From Haliotis cracherodii (Eukaryota), in NCBI RefSeq assembly GCF_022045235.1, contig NW_027266297.1, positions 71,114,001 through 71,178,000 of the forward strand: a stretch of DNA of 64,000 nucleotides. The letters run 5' to 3'. A model generated the notes under the pieces. It was not told the origin of the DNA and ran no database searches. It was given only the letters and a program-made list of their open reading frames with translations. The position numbers and the translations under genes are program-made. Positions within the stretch are counted from its first letter, which is position 1. Each line of letters opens with the position of its first letter. Positions 56,061 to 64,000 of the stretch are shown here, piece by piece.

Positions 56061-56816
56061 TATTAGCTTGGAGTCGGTGTTTGTAGGGTAGTGCTACTTG
56101 GACCACGTTCATGTCTGTTGTAACAAGCATCCCCTCAAACATGTCTCTGCATCACTGTTGTGGAATTAGATACATTCAGCCGATTAAGGTTTTTCACAAA
56201 AAAGTTACATTATATATATGGCAAATGGCCGGGGCGGCCCAAAAAACAGTTCGTAATAAGCTGTAGTTGTGATTCCAGACAATTTGTCAGTATGCATAAT
56301 AATAAGACCGTTACTGGCATATTTCGTCAGCTCAATGGACAAAATCCCGATAATTCAGCTCTTCTTTCATGGGTAAATATTCTATTGTCCCTCAATGGGT
56401 GCTGTTATGACTTCCGGGCTGGTGCTGATAGTATCACTATTAGATGAACACACAAGGCAATGGATGGATGAAGCGGTGGAAAGAATACAGATGGTCGTTA
56501 AGGTGAAAGCGAGGGGGAACTGGTGAAGGTCCTCTCCCATCAGCAGCAATATCTGTGTTTCTTGACTAGTTCAATGGTATCTATCAGAATGAGTGAGTGT
56601 TGTTTTATACCACAGTCCAACTCTCCAGCTTATACCACTGCAGCCGAGTCAGAACCAGAAAACCTGGAAATATGAGCAACGGTCTGTTGGGGCACTAATT
56701 CACGCTGTCATGACACTGAATCACGCCGTCGGGGCAACGGACCTTACCACCCGATCCTCCTCAGCTGGTTCTTACGACACGCATTAGTAATGAAGTAGTG
56801 ACTAGAGGTACCCTCC

Positions 56817-58135
56817 GTACGACTGTCGCAGTATGAGCCTAATTATGAGAGTGACGACGACGACGTTAGAGTGTGCGTACGACTGTCTCAGTATGTGCTG
56901 AAGTACAAGAGTGACGACGACGACGTAAGAGTATGCCTACGACTGTCTCAGTATGTGCTGAAGTACAAGAGTGACGACGACGACGACGTTAGAGTGTGCG
57001 TACGACTGTCTCAGTATGTGCTGAAGTACAAGAGTGACGACGACGACGTTAGAGTGTGCGTACGACTGTCTCAGTATGTGCTGAAGTACAAGAGTGACGA
57101 CGACGACGTAAGAGTATGCCTACGACTGTCAGTATGTGCTGAAGTACAAGAGTGACGACGACGACGTTAGAGTATGCGTACGACTGTCTCAGTATGTGCT
57201 GAAGTACAAGAGTGACGACGACGACATAAGAGTATGCCTACGACTGTCTCAGTATGTGCTGAAGTACAAGAGTGACGACGACGACGTTAGAGTATGCGTA
57301 CGACTGTCTCAGTATGTGCTGAAGTACAAGAGTGACGACGACGACGTTAGAGTGTGCGTACGACTGTCTCAGTATGTGCTGAAGTACAAGAGTGACGACG
57401 ACGACGTAAGAGTATGCCTACGACTGTCTCAGTATGTGCTGAAGTACAAGAGTGACGACGACGACGTTAGAGTATGCGTACGACTGTCTCAGTATGTGCT
57501 GAAGTACAAGAGTGACGACGACGACATAAGAGTATGCCTACGACTGTCTCAGTATGTGCTGAAGTACAAGAGTGACGACGACGACGTTAGAGTATGCGTA
57601 CGACTGTCTCAGTATGTGCTGAAGTACAAGAGTGACGACGACGACGTTAGAGTATGCCTACGACTGTCTCAGTATGTGCTGAAGTACAAGAGTGACGACG
57701 ACGACGTTAGAGTATGCGTACGACTGTCTCAGTATGTGCTGAAGTACAAGAGTGACGACGACGACGTTAGAGTATACGTACGACTGTCTCAGTATGTGCT
57801 GAAGTACAAGAGTGACGACGACGACGTAAGAGTATGCGTACGACTGTCTCAGTATGTGCTGAAGTGTGAGAGTTACGACGTCGACGTTAAAGTATACGTA
57901 CGACTGGCTCAGTATGTGCTGAAATGTGAGAATTACGACGTCGACGTTAGAGTAAACGTACGACCGTCTCAGTATGTGCTGAAGTTTGAAAGTTAGGACG
58001 ACGACGTTAAAGTATGCGTACGACTGTCTCAGTATGTGCTGAAGTGTGAGTTACGACGTCGACGTTAAAGTATACGTAGGACTGTCTCAGTATGTGCTGA
58101 AATATGAGAGTTTCGACGACTTTGAAATATACGTA
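56817..58135. repeat. 60-bp minisatellite (GTACGACTGTCTCAGTATGTGCTGAAGTACAAGAGTGACGACGACGACGTTAGAGTATGC), about 22 units
   Basis: Exact 60-nt period, visible as vertically aligned rows; degenerate at both ends. Confidence 0.97.
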
Positions 58136-58435
58136 CAACTTACTGTATCACGAACAATCAAACCTTCAGGCATCAAAGTATATGTGTTGTTTGACATATC
58201 ATTTAGTCTGCACATTCTTTACGGAGGACAAGTAACTTCCTGGTTGTTGCCTGATCGCAATGTATTCATGTATAACATGCCTTACTTCCCTGATCGCGCC
58301 ACACTTTGTTGTGACCATATATAGAAGTGATGGCAGACCAGAAATTAAGTGTGAACCCTCCACTCTCGCACCCATACCCCCACCCACTCCTCGTGTCGTG
58401 ATTTGCTGTGACTGAGGCGATCCGGCTATTGACTA

Positions 58436-58692
58436 TTTGGTTGGTTGTTTGTTGTGTAACGCCGCTTTCAGCAATATTCTAGGTATATGACGGCGGTCTG
58501 TAAATAATCGAGTCTGGACCAGACAATCCAGTGATTGACATCATGAGCATCGATCCACGAAATTGGGATGCGATGACCTGCACCAACCAAGTCAGCGATC
58601 CTGACCACCCGATCCCGTTAGTCGCCTCTCACGAATTGCCTTTTACGGGAAACATGGGTTGATGAAGACCTATCCTGACCCGGATCTTGGGT
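58436..58692 (-). mobile_element. SINE family B, near full length
   Basis: Family B head, body and tail. Confidence 0.88.
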
Positions 58693-58744
58693 ATTGACTG
58701 ACACCAGGATGTAGGCGTCAAATGTACCTCCTACGTAAAATTCA

Positions 58745-61700
58745 GCAGTATCCCCAATGTCATGGTCCACTGTGTCCCCAATGTCATGGGCTACTGTGTC
58801 CCCTATACCGTGGTCCACTGTGTCCCCTATACCATGGTCCACTGTATCCCCAGTGTCATGGTCCACTGTGTCCCCTATACTATGGTCCATTGTGTCCCCT
58901 ATACCCTAGTCCACTGTGTCCCCTATACCATGCATGGTCCACTGTGTCCCCTATACCATGGTCCACTGTGTCCCCTATACCATGGTCCACTGTGTCCCCT
59001 ATACCATGGTCCACTGTGTCCCTTATACCATGGTCCACTGTGTCCCTTATACTATGGTCCAGTGTATCCCCAGTGTCATAGTCCACTGGGTCCCCTATAC
59101 CATGGTCTACTGTGTCCCTTATACCATGGTCCATTGTGTCCCCTATACCATGCTCCACTGGGTCCCCTATACCATGGTCTACTGTGTCCCTTATACCATG
59201 GTCCACTGTGTCCCCTATACCCTGGTCCACTGTGTCCCTTATACCATGGTCCACTGTGTCCCTTATACCATGGTCCACTGTGTCCCTTATACCATGGTCC
59301 ACTGTGTCCACTATACCATGGTCCACTGTGTCCACTATACCATGGTCCACTGTGTCCCCAGTGTCATGGTCCACTGTGTCCACTATACCATGGTCCACTG
59401 TGTCCCTCATACCATGGTCCAATGTGTCCCCTATACCTTGGTCCACTGTGTCCCTCATACCATGGTCCACTGTGTCCCCTATACCATGGTCCACTGTGTC
59501 CCTCATACCATGGTCCACTGTGTCCCCTATACCATGGTCCACTGTGTCCCTTATACCATGGTCCACTGTGTCCCTCATACCATGGTCCACTGTGTCCCCT
59601 ATACCATGGTCCACTGTGTCCCTTATACCATGGTCCACTGTGTCCCCTATACCTTGGTCCACTGTGTCCCCTATACCTTGGTCCACTGTGTCCCCTATAC
59701 CATGGTCCACTGTGTCCCCTATACCATGGTCCACTGTGTCCCCTATACCCTGGTCCACTGTGTCCCCTATACCATGGTCCACTGTGTCCCCTATACCATG
59801 CATGGTCCACTGTCACCCCTATACCGTGGTCCACTGTGTCCCCTATACCTTGGTCCACTGTGTCCCCTATACCTTGGTCCACTGTGTCCCCTATATCATG
59901 GTCCACTGTGTCCCCTATACCCTGGTCCACTGTGTCCCCTATACCATGGTCCACTGTGTCCCCTATACCATGGTCCACTGTGTCCCCTATACCATTCATG
60001 GTCCACTGTGTCCCCTATACCATGGTCCACTGTGTCCCCTATACCATAGTCCACTGTGTCCCTTATACCATGGTCCACTGTGTCCCCTATACCATGGTCC
60101 ACTGTGTCCCCTATACCATGGTCCACTGTGTCCCTTATACCATGGTCCACTGTGTCCCTTATACCATGGTCCAATGTGTCTCCTATACTGTGTCAATCAC
60201 TGGACCGTCTGATTCAGACTCGATTGTTTACAGACCGCCCTCATATAGCTGGAATAGTGCGGTGTTAAACAAAAAACAAACAAACAAATCCTATACAATG
60301 GTCAACTGTGTCCCCTATACAATGGTCAACTGTGTCCCCTATACAATGGTCAACTGTGTCCCCTAAACAATGGTCAACAGTGTCCCCTATACCATGGTCA
60401 ACTGTGTCCCCTATACAATGGTCAACTGTGTCCCTTATACCGTGGTCCACTGTGTCCCCTATACCATGGTCCACTGTGTCCCTCATACCATGGTCCACTG
60501 TGTACCCTATACCATGGTCCACTGTGTCCCCTATACCATGGTCCACTGTGTCCCTTATAACATGGTCCACTGTGTCCCCTATACCATGGTCCACTGTGTC
60601 CCCTATACCGTAGTCCACTGTGTCCCTTATACCATGGTCCACTGTGTCCCCTATGCTATGGTCCACTGTGCCCCTATACCATGCTCCACTGTGTCCCCTA
60701 TGCCATGGTCCACTGTGCCCCTATACCATGCTCCACTGTGTCCCCTATACCATGCTCCACTGTGTCCCCTATACCATGGTCCACTGTGTCCCTTATATCA
60801 TGGTCCACTGTGTCCCTTATACCATGGTCCACTGTGTCCCCTATACCGTAGTCCAATGTGCCCCTTATAACATGGTCCACTGTGTCCCTTATACCATGCT
60901 CCACTGTGTCCCCTATGCCATGGTCCACTGTGCCCCCTATACCATGGTCCACCGTGTCCCCTATACCCTGGTCCACTGTGTCCCCTATACCATGGTCCAC
61001 TGTGTCCCCTATACCCTGGTCCACTGTGTCCCCTATACCATGGTCCACTGTGTCCCCTTTACCATGGTCCACTGTGTCCCTAATACCATGGTCCACTGTG
61101 TCCCCTATACCATGCATGGTCCACTGTGTCTTTTATACCATGGTCCACTGTGTCCCCTATACCATGGTCCACTGTGTCCCTTATACCATGCATGGTCCAC
61201 TGTGTCCCCTATACCATGGTCCACTGTGTCCCCTAAACCATGGTCCACTGTGTCCCCTATACCATGCATGGTCCACTGTGTCCCTTATACCATGGTCCAC
61301 TGTGTCCCTTATACCATGGTCCACTGTGTCCCCTATACCTTAGTCCACTGTGTCCCCTATACCTTGGTCCACTGTGTCCCCTATATCATGGTCCACTGTG
61401 TCCCCTATACCCTGGTCCACTGTGTCCCCTATACCATGGTCCACTGTGTCCCCTGTACCATGGTCCACTGTGTCCCCTATACCATTCATGGTCCACTGTG
61501 TCCCCTATACCATGGTCCACTGTGTCCCCTATACCATAGTCCACTGTGTCCCTTATACCATGGTCCACTGTGTCCCCTATACCATGGTCCACTGTGTCCC
61601 CTATACCATGGTCCACTGTGTCCCTTATACCATGGTCCACTGTGTCCCTTATACCATGGTCCACTGTGTCCCTTATACCATGGTCCAATGTGTCTCCTAT

Positions 61701-62388
61701 ACTGTGTCAATCACTGGACCGTCTGATTCAGACTCGATTGTTTACAGACCGCCCTCATATAGCTGGAATAGTGCGGTGTTAAACAAAAAACAAACAAACA
61801 AATCCTATACAATGGTCAACTGTGTCCCCTATACAATGGTCAACTGTGTCCCCTATACAATGGTCAACTGTGTCCCCTAAACAATGGTCAACAGTGTCCC
61901 CTATACCATGGTCAACTGTGTCCCCTATACAATGGTCAACTGTGTCCCTTATACCGTGGTCCACTGTGTCCCCTATACCATGCTCCACTGTGTCCCCTAT
62001 ACCATGGTCAACTGTGTCCCCTATACAATGGTCAACTGTGTCCCCTATACAATGGTCAACTGTGTCCCCTTTACCATGGTCAACTGTGTCCCCTATACAA
62101 TGGTCAACTGTGTCCCCTATGCAATGGTCAACTGTGTCCCCTATACAATGGTCAACTGTGTCCCCTATACAATGGTCTACTGTGTCCCGTATACAATGGT
62201 CAACTGTGTCCCCTTTACCATGGTCAACTGTGTCCCCTATACAATGGTCAACTGTGTCCCCTATGCAATGGTCAACTGTGTCCCCTATACAATGGTCCAC
62301 TGTGTCCCCTATACAATGGTCAACTGTGTCCCCTATACAATGGTCCACTGTGTCCCCTATACAATGGTCAACTGTGTCCCCTATACGC
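58745..62388. repeat. 24-bp satellite (CCATGGTCCACTGTGTCCCCTATA), about 140 units, with two embedded identical SINE-B 3' fragments
   Basis: Tandem array; SINE fragments at about 60191-60288 and 61705-61802. Confidence 0.97.
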
Positions 62389-64000
62389 CCTGAACTCACC
62401 GACTGTACACGTGTGAATGTACTGACACAGATTCAGCCATCATTTCGGGCAGATCATTTTGAAACATTGACACCGGCATCTTATTCTCTTCTCTGCAAGT
62501 ATTCCCGGAAGACCATATTTGGACATGTTCATGCTTACAGTTTACCGGCATATCTGCGAGACTGGATTCCTCCCCAGTCAGCACTGGGTCCAGATCGATT
62601 CACCTGATCGATACACCTGATGTCTGGTAGATGTGCCATACCTACTGGACAGCAGGCTTGCTTAAAGACCCCTTGTCACAGCGTTTCTTACGATACAATT
62701 AGGGCCAGACTAGAGTGCGTTGTCATGGCTACTGAAATGTCCGGTTACTATTCCACACAAAAGCTCAAAGGTGCATACCAATATATGCGTGTGCTTGTCT
62801 TATGCATGACCGTATATCAGTATAGTGGTGTTGTGTTTAGTCTCTGCCTCGCACCTTGGTCACATAAACATTGGGGTGGGTTGTAAGTAAGTGAGTAAGA
62901 AAGCCAAAACTAAACCAGAGCTCAACCAGACCCAGCAAAGCCTCACGGAGACTATTGTATTACCTGTCGTGCTTAACGCTGAAAGGGAAGAAAGCAATAT
63001 AATTCTGCAATTGTTAGATACGTAATAAATAAAGATTCGGTCGCAGGCAGGGCCACCAGTGACCTTAGAGATGGCGATGTATGGCCAATTCATTTGAATA
63101 CTATCCACTTAAACTTCCAAAGAAGACAACCTCTCTTGAGGCCCCGTGCCCCGAGGTAAAGGGTATTTATGTTCCCTATTTTTGTCCGAATTTCTTTTCC
63201 TGTTTTTGTGACTCCGGTGTATAGCCTCGGCTGTTGAAAAAAGAGGTCATTCCAAGGTCATCATGCAGGTGTGTGTTGCCACCCATAGCATTTATTGTCT
63301 GACTTAGTTCACAATTGGTGTTCGACACTGCCACGTGTACTCCGAGTGCCTCTCAGTGTATAACGTGACCTTGCCCTTGTCAACAGGTCGTTCGGTCGTT
63401 CATTGTTCTAATGTTGCTTTTTACGGAATCTTAGACAGGATGGGTCCGCTCAGTGATGGAAGAAATGTCGAATGGCGTATGTCGTTTGTGAAACTCATAA
63501 GCACGAATATGGCGCTAACGTATGAGAGCAATCAGAGTCAGAGCAAATTTCAGATTGGAACCCATGACTACCATCTTCCCGAGGCAAGGGAGTTAACTGA
63601 CTTTAAAAGTCCGGTGTCCACCCTTGCCGAGCTAGGCTGGAATTCCTGGGCTCGATCGTAGCGCCACCTGTGGCTATTACGAGTTATGTCCCTTCTATGC
63701 CTCTCCTATGGACCAATCAGATTCCACCTCTCGTATCACTTGCGTTTGCTTCAAACAAAACGGCGGCGCCCAGTCTAGACGATCTGATCCATAACCAAGA
63801 TCTCTATATTGTGACAAAACGAGACCTACATCGCGAAGTGCATCAAATCACGTGAGCACCTTGATTAAAAACATGAAAAGATTTAGAAAATATATGTTGA
63901 CAACTAGTTAGCGGTGCACATGTTTTGTAAATCCTCCAATCGACCGAAATCTGCATGACAGTTTACGAGCGGGATTTCGATTTCGGAGCGCGATTTTGAT

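Noticed and set aside
56900-56925. FLAG-tag-like YKSDDDD peptide suggesting vector contamination
   Set aside because: It is not DYKDDDDK, and it is part of a naturally degenerating tandem repeat.
58618-62607. Long Pro/His/Cys-rich ORFs in several frames
   Set aside because: A stop-poor 24-bp satellite that is open on both strands and interrupted by SINEs and 4-nt indels.

Overview
Repeat-rich animal genomic DNA, most likely from a mollusc; the SINE types and the Cys-less MDDDV actins with one codon-41/42 intron point to an abalone-like gastropod (inference). The window holds an actin gene cluster. There are three intact two-exon conventional actins on the minus strand (13270-15119, 35954-37647, 51359-53451; 375 aa each) and one actin pseudogene with a 404-nt frameshifting deletion (19767-22030). 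The main find is an intact but highly divergent actin-like gene on the plus strand, join(25509..25634,28348..29316), 364 aa and about 40% identical to its neighbours by hand alignment; the ORF track misses its first exon. It keeps the actin intron position and a CArG/TATA promoter, but has lost most of the D-loop, catalytic Gln137, His73, the acidic N-terminus and Phe375. An inverted, partly deleted duplicate of this gene lies at about 42040-44960. The rest of the window is four SINE-like families, MITEs, Tc1, LINE and Penelope-like relics (including an inverted pair of minimal hammerhead ribozyme motifs at 39804-39997), several mini/satellite arrays (39, 29, 23/28, 53, 60 and 24 bp units) and a 132-nt assembly gap.
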